From Rhina ancylostomus (Eukaryota), in assembly GCA_030265395.1 (NCBI GenBank), contig JARFYF010000074.1, positions 12,988,846 to 13,052,845 of the forward strand: a DNA stretch of 64,000 nt. The letters are read 5' to 3'. Numbering within the stretch: position 1 is the stretch's first letter; every line of letters starts with the position of its first letter. The notes beneath the pieces are model-generated. The model worked only from the letters and a program-made list of their open reading frames with translations. It ran no database searches and had not been told where the DNA came from. Positions 51,440-64,000 of this stretch are shown in pieces. The position numbers were made by a program, and so were the translations under genes.

Positions 51440-51748
51440 GATTGCTACCTCACAGCTCCAGTGATCAGAATCAATCCTGGCCTCTTGTGCTGTTTGTGTG
51501 GAGTTCACATGCCCTTCCTGTTATAACACAGGTTTCTTTCAGGTGACCCAACCACATCCCAAAGACACACAGGCTGACAGATTAATTGGCTGCTGTAAAT
51601 TGCCCCAAGTGTGTAGGTGACTGAAAGAAGCTGGGAGTAATTGATGGTAACATGGGGAGAATAAAATGGGATTAGTGCAAGTGGGTGTAAATGTGTGGAC
51701 TCTTAGATCAAAGTGCCCACTTCCGTGCTGTCTGGCTCTGAGACTCTA
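51440..51748 (+). mobile_element. Older HE1/V-type SINE
   Basis: tgctgtttgtgtggagttcacatg...ccacatcccaaagac...taattggctgctgtaaattgcccc. Confidence 0.75.
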
Positions 51749-52431
51749 CCCTGTGTAGTTTGAACAAGAGATCATGACCTCAAAACTCTAGCAAAGTTGG
51801 ACATCTTACAGTCTGACACTCATCTATTCCATTCATTTACATTGTTAGGAGCCAATTCCAACAACTGATCATTGTGACAGTCCACATTACATGATGTTAC
51901 GTTACAGGAAACCATCCTGAAAATAACTCATTTATTACCACTTTGTTTCCTGGCCATTAACCAATACTCAACCCATGCAAACCCTACAAGTGTAATAAAA
52001 GGCCCTTCATCTCCTAAATGTCTTAATCTATTTTTTTTAAACTATAACATTGTAAGAAAAATACAAACTGAAAATAATGTGATTACCATTATATATTGTA
52101 ATATGGTGTCTTAAACACAATGTACATTTGTCATAAACAAGAGGAACAAAACAATTCTTCTTTGACTACCGCTAGCAGATTTGCCAAGGTTTTACGAGTA
52201 AATAAGGCAAAAGGGATATTTTTCCTGAGACTGTATTTTCCAAAACAAAACTACAAATGCATAGAACATTGCTTTTAAATTTTATTTCACTTTCCTTTAC
52301 ATCAAAATCTACATTAAGCACCTAATCTTTGACTACACAAGTCAAACATAACACAAATCACTGAAATGTATGAAAACATAACTCAAGCTCAAATTCAAGC
52401 ACAAGTTTTCAGTTGAAGTCAAATTTCATAC

Positions 52432-52526
52432 CTTGTATCAATAGGTCCTAATAGGGGTTTAAAAGGACTGTGACTTTTCTTTAATAAAGGTTTTCTACCG
52501 TCTTGGTCCTCATCATAGAGGGGAAC
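52432..52526 (-). CDS. RBM27: RBM27 exon 4, 95 nt
   Basis: ttttag|GTT CCC ... ACA AG|gtatga; VPLYDEDQDGRKPLLKKSHSPFKPLLGPIDTR. Phases 0/2 fit the neighbours; DGRK..K..SP resembles human DGRKKKYPSP. Confidence 0.85.
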
Positions 52527-53586
52527 CTAAAATAGCAAGCACAATTAATAACAAAAATGTAAACCAAAATGCTCATTACAGTCACATCATCATCATAAAA
52601 ATGTATGCAGAAGACTCACTGCAACACATTTATCTCCCACAAAATTAAACAAAAAAAAGTGATATGACTGCATCTATATTCCAAATGTGTACCGCTTCAA
52701 AAGTGGTCACTGTGTCTGACAGTTCAGCATTCATTTTATTAGAAAATCTAACTAACTTTATGGAATTCAAGTCTGAAGTTATCATCAATACCCTAAATTT
52801 GTCAGTTAGTACATTTAAAATTTCTTTGGATTTCTGCAGGTCCAAGAAAACCAATTTCAATAATATCTCCCACCTATGTGGTTGAGAACAGAAAACCAAA
52901 AATGAGGCAAACAGCAAATCAGAAATGATACACATAAAAATAGTTCCATAGATTATTAAAAACACTGCGCATCCACTTGTGTAATACATTTGAACATGCA
53001 AGTGGATGCTAGCATCTGCAATTAAACGTGTTAATAATCAGTGCTGATGTTCAAAAGATTAGAAAGGTAGACAGCTGAATAGTTTTGTTTTGCCACTTTA
53101 TAATTTGCAGACTTTCAATACCTTAAGGCACAATTTCAGGTAACATGAGTACAAAGTATTTTTCCCTCAATGAGATCTTCGACGGTGCTTGATTCTTAAC
53201 AGATATTTTCCTGATTTGTGCACTTTTTCTCCAATCTGTTGTCTATCATCTGTAAAACAGCACTTTGCACCCCTTGAGCTTTTATTACATACTCAGTCAC
53301 AATCCCTGGTACTAAGTAGCTCTGCAATTAAACAATATCTTACAGAAATCTGTCATAATCCTACTTGCACCCAAGATGAAGTAACTGAATATCAAAAAAA
53401 ATAAAGAATGCACATTTAACTTCTCTCCATGCCAGCATTATTTTTAGTAAACTCAGCCTTGAGACATGGGCAGCACTGGCAAGGTTGCTTCTAAACTGCA
53501 GATCTTCCTCCTAAAGGACATTAATGGCACAGAGAATCACATTACCACAGAAACTTACTCGCAAAAGTAAATAAATCATTACTCAC

Positions 53587-53723
53587 TTCTTTTTTGTCCT
53601 CCCTCTCTTGCCACGTAGGCTGCATGTCCTGCTTCAAGGTCTCCTGGAGAAGTTGTTCTGGTCGTGACACGTAGTTCTTTGTGCTTAAAGCATCAAAAAG
53701 TTTGTCCACAAAGCCAACAGTTT
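53587..53723 (-). CDS. RBM27: RBM27 exon 3 (end of PWI), 137 nt
   Basis: ttggtag|AA ACT GTT ... AAA GAA|gtgagt; ETVGFVDKLFDALSTKNYVSRPEQ...EDKKE. Confidence 0.94.
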
Positions 53724-54661
53724 CTACCAAATAATTATAAACTAATGGTAAAAATGCAGGGTAGAGAAATCAAATCATTTAATAATTAACACTTGTAATT
53801 TAATTTCTATGGGCAATCTATACGTGAACATATACTACACTCATACAGGACTTGCTTATATGTATAAAGATTCTTGCAAATTATTGATAACTCCTTAGAA
53901 AAAAAAATTCTGCCAACTTGTGTCAGAAGAAATCAAACCAAAAGGACGAATTGTAAAAGGACAAAGTGTAAAAAGGTCCATTGTTAGTCTTTTGCAAAAT
54001 AAAATTACCCTGTACATCATCCAGCTGATAGTGAATTAATGGCTCAGTTATAGCCCATTAAGAAGCGAGCCACAACCTAGTTCACAAATGAGACTTACTA
54101 AAACAATTTTTTTTGAACAATTCTCATCTGAATTGCCCATTTTGAATGATCTGAAATCAGCCAGAATTTTTTTTTGCAAAGACAGAAGGGAAGGGGAAAT
54201 AAAGTTTAATAAAAACTGTAATGTTTACACACAAATTGAACCAAAATATTAGATAATGAACAAAAATAAAGAAGTTTCAGTAACTATCCAGCCTCTTACC
54301 TCTGGACACGCTATAAATGGAGAATATCTGACAATGCTAAAAGTGACTGAACGGTTCACATTAGTTACAAGTCAAAACTTAAACCCTGAGCAGTAGAATC
54401 CACCAAACTATGAATGCTTCGACCATTTTTTCCAAATACCAGTTCCTTGCAATGCATGGACAAGAAAAGCAGGCAGGCATAACAAGTCAGGACTCAACAT
54501 CTTAAAAATACAGGTTCAATTACTTGCATTAACTTTCAACTGACATGTTTATCACCCAAAAGTGCTACATTGCTACAAATGCTTTGAGCTACAGACTGAA
54601 TAGTTCTGAACTATCTTTCACGTGATGGGAATTCATTAGAATATATACATACACATATATA

Positions 54662-54663
<2 letters not shown>

Positions 54664-54692
<29 letters not shown>
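54664..54692. repeat. (AC)n microsatellite
   Basis: About 14 AC units within TA/ATAA simple sequence. Confidence 0.92.
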
Positions 54693-54694
<2 letters not shown>

Positions 54695-57447
54695 ATAAAT
54701 AAATAAATAGATAAATACATAGACTGGGCAAACTTCATTTCCAAACATAGATAAAGATTTTTTTTTGAAGATATGCACTTAAGTCACTGGGAGCCTTAAT
54801 GCAAAAAGAAATTGAGTGCTTTGCCTCACAGGATGTTAAACTCCATACTTTCCACCATAACCCCCACACAGGTAACAATTAGAAGTATATTTTCATTACT
54901 ACTCTTCAAACCAAAAACCATACTGTGATTTTTCTGAATTCTTATTCTATTTCATACACTTGCCACAAGCACAAAAATAATGGTTCAGGTTTCTTAGCTG
55001 CAACATATTTACAGGCAATGATTTTTATTGATTTAAAAAAATATTATACTAACAAACCAGCATCGGTTATTCCAACCTAGAAAATCAGTTCAGCACAACA
55101 GCAAACTCCCAACACTTAAAATTTTGTGCTGCATCTTTTAACATTAACAAACTAAGTCTATTAAACAGAGATCAGTCTAGTAGGAACTGCATTCAGGCTT
55201 ACACATCATTTCAAAACCTAATTTTGCAGATTTGCCAAGAATCTCTATGGTATGTTCCAAGTACAAATTCTGAAAAATGTAATTAATATTTTATAAGTAA
55301 TTCTATGGATGGCTAGATTTAGTGTCCAAGTCACCTTCCTGCCTTAGCAGGAAAATCTGAGCCAGTCAGAGAAGCATGTGAAGCATGAGCAGCAAAAATG
55401 TAGAGCAATCTAATCAATCTGTTACGAACCAGCAACAAATAGTTTGTAACAAATCCACTACCCATTCCTTCAAGCTCTACATGTAGCATTCTATGTATGA
55501 TCCAAAAGACTACCTCATAAATCAAATGCAATGTAAAAGAAGCAACTCGTCCTCCACAGCAGGACTATAAAGCTGGTTGTATTATATCCATAGTTATTGA
55601 ATTATCTGTCAGATTCAAAGTGACGACAGCTGGCAGGGCAAATGTGGGGAAAAAGTCTTCTTAAGAAATATGACTAGTGTGCTTATGATCTGCAACTCAC
55701 TCCCTGCAAGAGCAGTGGGAAACACAAGTCAATTAAGACTTTCTAAAGGGAATTGGATAAACAAAAAGATCATTTGCAGAGCTATTAGGAAGAGAGCAGG
55801 TTAATGGGAATCAAATAGGTTGCCCAATAAGGACCCGACATGGAGAACAAAAAAAAAGAGAAAAATGGCCTTGTTTAAAAAAAATGTTCTATGCTGTAAT
55901 GATTCCAAACATCTACCTGATAGGGCAGACCAGACCACTGTTTAGTGTCTCACCCACTACACAGCACCTCCAATGGTGAAATAGTGTTAAAAAGCAAAGT
56001 CAACTGAGATATTGTGCTAAATTCTTCTAAATGATTTCACAAATTTCTTATTCAGAAGTTTATGTTGTTAAGACAAAACATCTGTCATTTTTGTCTTTTC
56101 TTCAGATGCAAAGGGCTACAAAGGCATTTTAATTTAGTTATAGTGCAATAACTGAACCAGAGCTGAACTCCAATTGAAGTACGTTTCATCCATGACTTTC
56201 ACCAATCTTCACACAAGGATCACTAAAGCATTATCAATACATGCCATTGTGAACAGCTGCACTTCCTACAAACCTGTACTTTCTACCATACTGAATGCAT
56301 TATCTATGCATGCGGTGTCAAAATAAAAACAACCCTTGAAGATCCACCTTTTCTACTGCATAGAATAAACTATTTAAAATTGAAAGTCATCTGAAGTAAA
56401 GTGCACTCAAATCTCACATATGTATTACATGAGAAAACAAGGTAGGAACCTGCCTCCTTACCCAGGGAAAAGTGACAGAGTCAAAGAGAGGCAAATCATT
56501 AGATTGCAGTCAGAATTAATTCACTGCCCCAATGCACGATTTAAAATTGAGCATTAGAAATGATCAAGTGGTCAGACTTGTACAAATTAAAAGCTGACCT
56601 CTCACTACAGCTACCATGTTTTTAGGTTAACGTGCATACACATAGTACTTGTCATTCAAGACTCTCAGAATTGTGACATCTTAACCAATAATAAAATACG
56701 TACATTAAAATTGGAATTTAACAAGTACTGACATTAAAAATCACACACTTATCACATTAGTCATGCAGTGTCCAAAATGTTAAGCATGTGCTTAAATTTG
56801 AAGATTTTCTGGATGTTTAACATAAAGGTACAAGTAAGTACAATAATATGATTCATTGACAAATTTTTTTTCCCCAAAATCAGGTTCAATTAATAGGCTC
56901 TATATTGTTAAAACCAGCAAATGTGTATCAATAACAATGAAATGGCTACAACTAATTTTAACCTAGTTAGTAATCAGACCCTAATAATTATGGAAAATAT
57001 ATTTGTATTGAAGATACATGACATATATGGCTGAGAGTCAGGGAAAAAAAGTTAGCTTCTCTATTGATTCTGATGATTAATGCAGTTTAATGTGAAACTG
57101 GGCCACGCAGATTAGAAAAATCCTAAATTTTAAAAATGGTGTAATAATTTAGATTGTTTCAATTAAATGAACAGGGGAACAACAATTTACCTCAGTGTTC
57201 ACACCACTTATCTGCTGCTGGAAAATGCATCTATTGACATCAGACAAGGACAAATCAAACATATAACTCTCCTAATCAACCCAATCTCAAACATGCACCC
57301 TCCTACCAAGATTTAGATAATTCAGTTACACTTGCACACTTCCTTTTTTGTAATATATACTTGCCAGTTGGATTAAAAACAATGGTAAACTGGAATCATT
57401 CCCTTTAAATAAGTGTACAAGAAAGCAGGAAACAAAACAAATCTTAC

Positions 57448-57566
57448 CTTTTTGCAGAAATACGTCCAGTTGATCAACGCACAAAGCCTTCAGTTCTTTT
57501 TCTGGCTTGTCTTTCTTAACTAAAGCCACAACATACTTTGCTAAAGCTGAAGGATCAGCGTCACAA
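57448..57566 (-). CDS. RBM27: RBM27 exon 2 (PWI domain), 119 nt
   Basis: ttttgcag|T TGT GAC GCT ... CAA AAA G|gtaaga; encodes CDADPSALAKYVVALVKKDKPEKELKALCVDQLDVFLQK. Confidence 0.96.
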
Positions 57567-57599
57567 CTGCAAAATAATTTTTTAAAAAATCACTCAACT

Positions 57600-57692
57600 G
57601 ACAAAAGGTTCGAGGAACTCAGCAGGTCAAGCAACATCTACAGAGGTAGATGGACAGTCAACTTTTCAGGTTGAAACACTTCATTTGGACTT
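57600..57692 (-). mobile_element. Penelope-derived terminus just upstream of the exon 2 acceptor
   Basis: Minus strand reads AGTC-CAAATGA-agtgtttcaacct-GAAAA-GTT-GACT, followed by tagatgttgcttgacctgctgagttcc. Confidence 0.65.
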
Positions 57693-57864
57693 CATGCGTC
57701 TCTACTTAAGTACTTATGAGATCTGAAGATTTTTTCTTTCAGAGAGAGATCAAATCCAACTACAGGTATTTACATTATAATACCTGAACCACAAAATGAA
57801 AAATCCATGTACTCTTCATTCTAATATAATCTTTTCAACCTCATCCACAGAAATACCAGTCATC

Positions 57865-58420
57865 AGCACAAGAAAGAATAGGTGTAGGCCATTTGGCCCC
57901 TCACACTTGCCCCACCATTCAATAAGATCATGACTTCTACCTCAGGGACACTTTCCTCCACAAACCCAATGTCCCTTAATTCCCTTTATATCTAAAAAAA
58001 ATCAGTCTTAAATATATTCAGCGACTGACCCTACCTCTGTCACACACACCTAACTTGAAGCTTCTCATCTTTGTTTTGAATGGTCTGTCCATTGGCCCAA
58101 ATCCAGACATACCAGGAGCAAAAATAGCAACTCCACATCTCCCCAATTGAGCTGCTTGACAATTTTGTATAGTTCAATAAGATCACCTCTCAACCTTCTA
58201 AATTGAGGAGAGTATAGGCCTGGTTTGTTTAATCTCTTCTCACATGAAGAATCTGCTCTCCCATGAATCATTCTACTAAACCATCACAGCACTCCCACTT
58301 ATAGCTTTCATTACACAGGGAGACCAGATCCTTTTACAACACTCTAGTGGCGATCTCACTAAATCTTATAAAAGTTGGAGCAAGCCATCTCCTTGCAATA
58401 AAGGCCAACATACTATCTGC
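57865..58420 (-). mobile_element. CR1 LINE 3' fragment
   Basis: KRLNKPGLYSPQFRRLRGDLIELYKIVK; gtaggccatttggcccct tail. Confidence 0.8.
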
Positions 58421-61400
58421 CATCCCAATTGTTTTCAGCCTGAAACATCAACTGTTTTACTTCCCACAGATGCCCCTGAACTGCTGAGTATTTCCAGCAT
58501 TTTCTGGTTTGATTTTATATTTCCAGCATCTGCATTTTTGTTTCGATCTTGCTAACTTTTCATGATGCTAAGGAAAGTACTGCCACAGTCCCAGGCCTCA
58601 ATTAACATTTCTGTTAGACTCATAAAACAGTGTAGAAAAGGTATTAACTTGCTCTAAGCAGTTTTCCCCACTTTGCTGTGAAGCACCCAAAATAGACTGA
58701 TGCAGCCACATCAGTGCAAACTAAAACAGAAATTTATCCATGACCTTTGGGTTCAAGTGCAAAAAATGGTAGCAACTAAATAATTTTCCTTCCTTGTGTC
58801 TAGATATAAATGATTAACCCAAAGTAAAAGATTAATACAAGATAGGTACTGGCTTATCAGTGCATAGCAATCTCCCACAAACAGCAATATGATAAAGACC
58901 ATATCACTTATTTTAGTAATATTGTGAACAGCATAAACATCAGAAATACTATGGCTGCATGAACAGACCAGAAGTTAGTTATTTTATGACATGATTCCCA
59001 AATTACTTAGAACTACAAAGATTCAAAATCAGTAGTGCAATGGATTTTGCTGCACTTACCTGGATGAACACAACTCCAACACCACTCAGGAGTCCAGGCA
59101 TCATCCCAGACAAAGCACCTTCTTTACTAACAACCATCTGCCTCAGTAACTTCCTTCTAGAATCTACTAAAAACCTGAAAGCACCTCACGAAGGCTTTTT
59201 TGGCATTTATTACTTCAAAAGGCGAAATGTCTAAAATCAAGATCCAACCCAAGTCATGCAACTTCCTGACTTGTAAAAGTTTTGCTGTTTTTGGTTCAAA
59301 ATGATGAAACGCTTGCCAACAATACAGCACAACTACTCTTTGCACACGGAGTATAATGGTTCCAGAAGGCACTTCATCACCAGCTTCAAGGCAATTAGAA
59401 AATATGTATTAAATGCTGACACAGCCAGCAACACTCCACTTCTAGGAGAACAAAATATATTATAGTAGATTTGGAGCAGCATGTTCTTGTCATAGTTACA
59501 GAACACTACTAAGATCCTACACCATCCAGTTCAAGCAATACAACTTGTTGATATTGATTAAAACAGAAAACACACAAACCACTTTCAAAATCGCAATGAA
59601 AAGTAATTTACCTAAACTGCTAAAGTCTATTTAAAATTCAGAAAGTTTTCATTACTGCACATCTTTTCTCCCCCCAAAGAAATTACTTTTTTTTAAAACA
59701 ATTGTTGAGATACTCAGATCTGCTCTTAATAAAGCATTTTTAATATAGTAAAACACCCTCAGGCACTTAGGCAAAGTGCAACATTGAGAACTAATTTAAT
59801 AATCTTCTCCTGTTCATGGTAAATTCCTTAACATGTTTGTTTTCACTAATTATGATCTTGTAGATTGCACAAACGTATACAGCATTGGCACCTTGCTGAA
59901 GTAGATATTATTCCTGTGGAAGTGTTGACAGGAGTATGAACACATTGTACGACAACATGGGAGAAAAAAAAATTGGATATAACGTCTGACCCTAACCTTT
60001 CCCAGCACTCTCAAATGACAGCTTCCAGCCAGGGTAACTAAGCAGCACAGAAGGATCACTGGCCAATTTATTTTTCTTCCCTAACACAGATTAAAGAACA
60101 AAGGTTATATAAATCACTATGTAATAACGGACAGATTCAGAAAACCAGTAGGGAGCGATAACATACTGAAAAATATAGAGCTTCATCATCAGAAATAACA
60201 TTTTATTAATGCACAAAGATTAGTGGACATCAAAGTTCAATACATTTTGGATCAACTGATGTATGTGGCTTTAACATTCATATTGTTATCAATGAATTGA
60301 TCTCTCATTAACAATCTCTCATTCAGACAGGTATTATTAAGTTAACAACACTATCTGGCCCTAATAGTGCACATAGAATCTAAATCCGAAAGATATCAAA
60401 CTGAAGCCACAACTATAATGTTGTTGTCATTAATAAAGAGATTTTTTTAAAAAAGAAATACAGGCCAAGTTGCTCACCTTTCTGGTCTCTTCTGTTTCTA
60501 TTTGCAACTTATCAAGTATTTTGTCAAACACAAGTCTCAACAGTAACAGTCCATTAATCCAAAGCATTTAGCAGTAAACCCACACTGAATGTTCAACCTG
60601 CTTGGTGGACTCAAAGATGAATTTTAATGCCAATATTTGCCATTGCCTGTGTCATAAAGTTTCTCCTATTAAAGTTCATTTAACAAGGCTACAGTCAAAG
60701 AGATTAACGACTTTGAGATTAGACACTCACAGTAGGGCACTGTTAGTGAGACTTCACTTCTCAGTTTTCAGAATCTTAACATTTAATAAAGTGTATATTT
60801 CAAGAATAGCGTGTACCCAATGTACCAACCCGTTTGCAATACAAATGTTCAACTACTTGAAAAAAGGCANNNNNNNNNNNNNNNNNNNNNNNNNNNNNNN
60901 NNNNNNNNNNNNNNNNNNNNNNNNNNNNNNNNNNNNNNNNNNNNNNNNNNNNNNNNNNNNNNNNNNNNNTACTTGAAAAAAGGCATCTTTCCTGCCTCCT
61001 CCTTCACCCTAGACAGCTCTTCAGAATAGAAGATGCTTCCAGTTCATTTCTATAGTTTCAAGGTGACTGATGAGGCCAGTGGTATCCAAAGACTTTCCCT
61101 ACAAGTAGACAGGAAAGTCTCCAATAGGCCAGGAGGGTGGGTAATTTCTGAGGCAGTGCACTCCTGCCATTTAAGCTGGACTTTTGCATATCCCCAACAG
61201 ATGAACCTGTGGTTTGTAATGCCATCCAAATTCTCCTTCTTCACTTTTGAGCAGTCATTGGCCAGGGATTCTCAGAAGTCAGTAGAGATGCTGTATTTTT
61301 CCAAGAAAATGTTAAAAACGTTCTTGAATCTTTTTCTCTGTCCACCTAGCAATCTTTTCCCATGATACAGTTCAGAACGGACCATTTCCTCAGGAATATG

Positions 61401-62699
61401 GTGTTCAGCATATTAAGAACAGGGCTTATCCAACAGAGCCCACCAAGTCTAAAACCAAGTTTAAAAATGCTGAGGGGTGTTAACATCTGGGAATGTTAAA
61501 CTGATTTGATCACCTTTCTGGTCAATTTGAGTGACTTTGTAGACAGTGGTACTCTTCCCATGCCTTGAAGTACCTGTTGTAGCCAAGGCTTCAGAGTTAT
61601 ATGGGAAGGCAGAGATCATTATTTTCTGATAGAGGATATATTTTTGTACCAGGTTTGAGGTACTGACCTCAGAGAACCTATATGGGAAACAGGAAGCAAT
61701 CCACATTTTCCAAGGTCCATTGAACCATTATTGTTGGAGGACAGTCTGCAACAGAACCATAGTACATACAGGGTCAAGAGATACTATGTCATTGCTCCAA
61801 CAACTATTTCCTCTTTGCAATGCCATACCTCACCTCCATTGGAGTGGAGCCAATGTATAAAACTGACATGGAGCTATTTAACTATCAAATCATTCACTGA
61901 AATGAATGAAGGGATGGAACTTGCACTCAACGTCAGCAAGAAAAAAACCCTCTATCAACCTGTCTTAATTGTACTGCCTCTTATCATTAATGTTCAGACA
62001 AATCAGATGGCAGCAAAATCATAAAATACTACTGTTAAAAATGTTTGTATTCCTGGCCTACATTGGTTTGATGCACGAGTTAAATAATTCTTAAAGCTTT
62101 TAAAATCTTAACCACCTTAAATCAGCACATCAATCGCATATTACAGTTATTAAATATTGCAAGTGCATCACACTTGGATCTGACGAACTGAAATACCAAT
62201 AAAACAGCCAAATAGGTACAAAGCAAACAAACTCAGTCACATATCAGCACTGAAGAAATAATTAAAAGAAAATAGATAACCAATGAAATTACTCAAAACC
62301 AGTTAAAAATTAAAACACTTCCTACCAGCATTTCAACAAAATTAAGGCACCAAAACAGTTTATGAGAGGCACAATATTTTCCAATGTGTTAAGCTGCCTT
62401 AAATCCACATTTCAATATTTTTATTTTTAAATTGCAAGATATTCTTGTATTTAGAAACAAGTATCTTTCCCAAATAAAATCAGTGCCATGGTAGTTATGA
62501 GCTATGAATATGTATCAGGCAGCTATTACAAAACCAAATTCAGCTCTGTGTCAGACTTTACAGAAAAATTCTCTTGGACAAACCAAACTACAATATCTTC
62601 AGGCACAAAACAAGACTAGAGTTCTACCCATCTGCCCCCTCCCACCACATTTTAAAAGCTTTTTTTTAAAAAAGCAACTTACATAGGGACATACAACTT

Positions 62700-63062
62700 A
62701 TATACAGGGACTGTTTAGGGAGAGGTTAGAGATGGTGTGTAGAAGACGGAAAGGTAATCTTATAGAGGTGTATAAAAGGGGCATAGATAGGGTGAATGCA
62801 CTCAGTCTTTTTCCCCAGGGTTGGGGCAATCAAGAACTAGGGGGCATAGGTTTAAGATGAGGAGGTACGTATATAGAATGAGCTGCCCGATGAAGTGATT
62901 GAGGCAGGTTCAATAACATTGTTCAAAAGACAGTTTGACAGGTACAGGGTTTGGAAGGAGATGTGAAACTCAGGCAAATGGGACTAGCATGGATGGGCAT
63001 CTTGGTTGGCATGAACCAGTCAGGCCAAACAGCCTGCTTCCATGCTGTATGATTCTATCACT
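62700..63062 (+). mobile_element. CR1 LINE 3' end
   Basis: RRRKGNLIEVYK, GIDRVNALSLFPRVGQSRTRGHRFK (with frameshifts); tail tatgattctat. Confidence 0.8.
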
Positions 63063-63094
63063 CTAGGACAAGAGTTAGGAATTATAGTGGAGGT

Positions 63095-63410
63095 ACAAGA
63101 GACTGCAGATACCGAAATCTGGAGAAACAAATAATCTGCTGTTGGAACTCAGTGGGTCGAGCAGCATCTGTGGGAGGGAAGGGAAGGGATTGTTGACATT
63201 TCAGGTGGAAACCCTGATGGAGGGTTTTGACAAGAAAGACAAGGTGGCATCTGTGTTAATATTTTGGGTCGATGATATTTCATCGTCTCCCATTCATCAT
63301 GATAGGTCATCAAACTCAAACATTTACTCTGTCACTCTCCACAGAGGCTCCCTGACCTATTATTTCCAACATCTCCTGTTTTACTTCATTTTTCTAGCAT
63401 CAACAGTTTT
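63095..63410. mobile_element. Inverted pair of Penelope-derived termini
   Basis: Minus copy 63095-63215 (cagcatctgtggg...gttgacatttcaggtggaaaccct) abuts the plus-strand start cctgatggagggttttgac; a further plus copy lies at 63295-63410. Confidence 0.65.
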
Positions 63411-64000
63411 TGTTTTGTTTTTCAGCTTACATCTTTATTTGGTCAAAGCTCATTTCCACATTCAGTGCAAAAATGTTCAAACTGCAGAAGCTGACAGCTT
63501 ATATCCTATTTCATCATAAAAATGTTACAATTTAAATAAATCCAATTATATCTACTCATGATAGAAGACATTTCTGTTGTAGAAAAGAAAAGTTGGCATC
63601 CAAGGCTCACTAGCAAAAACACATGTTATCCTTTAATAATGTTATAGATGCTACATAACATTGTTTTCATTGAATTATATTTTCAATATTATTTTTGGAT
63701 CTCCACTTACATTGGAATGCTCATTGAAATACCTATGAATTGATGTCCATAAGCCAGAGCAGTTAAGGTTGAGAGATTTTCTTCTTTGAAGGATATTAAT
63801 GATTTACATGAATTTTTAAGAGATGTTTTCTTTGAAGATATGGTGGTGGAGTTAAATTACTGAACTAGTAACAGAGCTGCTATTCAAAAATATATAATCA
63901 TTAAATTCCACCATACCACATGGTGATTTAAACTCCTGATAATTTAGATTTTAAAACAAATCTTGTCTTCTTGACGCAAAGACTGATGCAGTTCACCAAT

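Larger units (their letters stand above)
4175..57566 (-). other. RBM27: RBM27 gene body (partial: exon 1 and terminal exons are outside the window)
   Basis: 17 GT-AG exons splice into one continuous frame. Motifs match RBM27 as recalled: CDADPSALAKYVVALVKKDKPEKELK, NTTESWSNFYNNH...PKRRCRDYDE, YEPDGYNPEAPSIT, LNEHFSKFGTIVNIQ, KLQQDMRKK, AARLGILP.GRGK, HMVVDHRPK. The C-terminal half is RBM27-like rather than RBM26-like. Confidence 0.93.

Noticed and set aside
1-64000. CRISPR arrays, operons, rRNA/tRNA genes, intronic snoRNAs, second gene on the plus strand
   Set aside because: No regularly spaced repeats or prokaryotic gene structure. tRNA-like sequence occurs only as SINE heads. No convincing box C/D or H/ACA layout or plus-strand exon chain was seen by eye; an Rfam scan would be needed to exclude small RNAs.
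57567-64000. RBM27 exon 1 and promoter/CpG island
   Set aside because: No MLIE.V.ALK.WL-type coding sequence and no CpG-rich region; this is intron 1 and the start lies beyond 64000.

Overview
Eukaryotic (vertebrate) genomic DNA, AT-rich and CpG-depleted, with 12 N-gaps. The repeat content (HE1/V-type SINEs, abundant CR1, RTE, Rex1/Babar, Penelope) points to a cartilaginous fish, probably a ray or other batoid; this is an inference. The whole window lies inside one minus-strand gene, RBM27 (PWI - RS - CCCH zinc finger - Pro-rich - RRM - coiled coil - RG-rich). I could assemble 17 internal coding exons (57566 down to 4175), all GT-AG, whose phases join into one open frame. They correspond to human exons 2-8 and 10-19, numbered from my recollection of the human gene. 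Exon 1 and the last exons lie outside the window. Introns are filled with decayed transposons, and nearly all other ORF-track entries are repeat debris or noise. I see no prokaryote-type or clearly new multi-gene system. The most interesting signals are at RNA level: decayed Penelope-type minimal hammerhead ribozyme motifs (several in the pre-mRNA sense), a candidate poison exon just after the RRM exon, inverted young CR1 copies bracketing the frame-symmetric exons 6-8, a possible dead exon where mammals have cassette exon 9, and a young IR/DR Tc1 element. Repeat boundaries are approximate; exon boundaries were read base by base.
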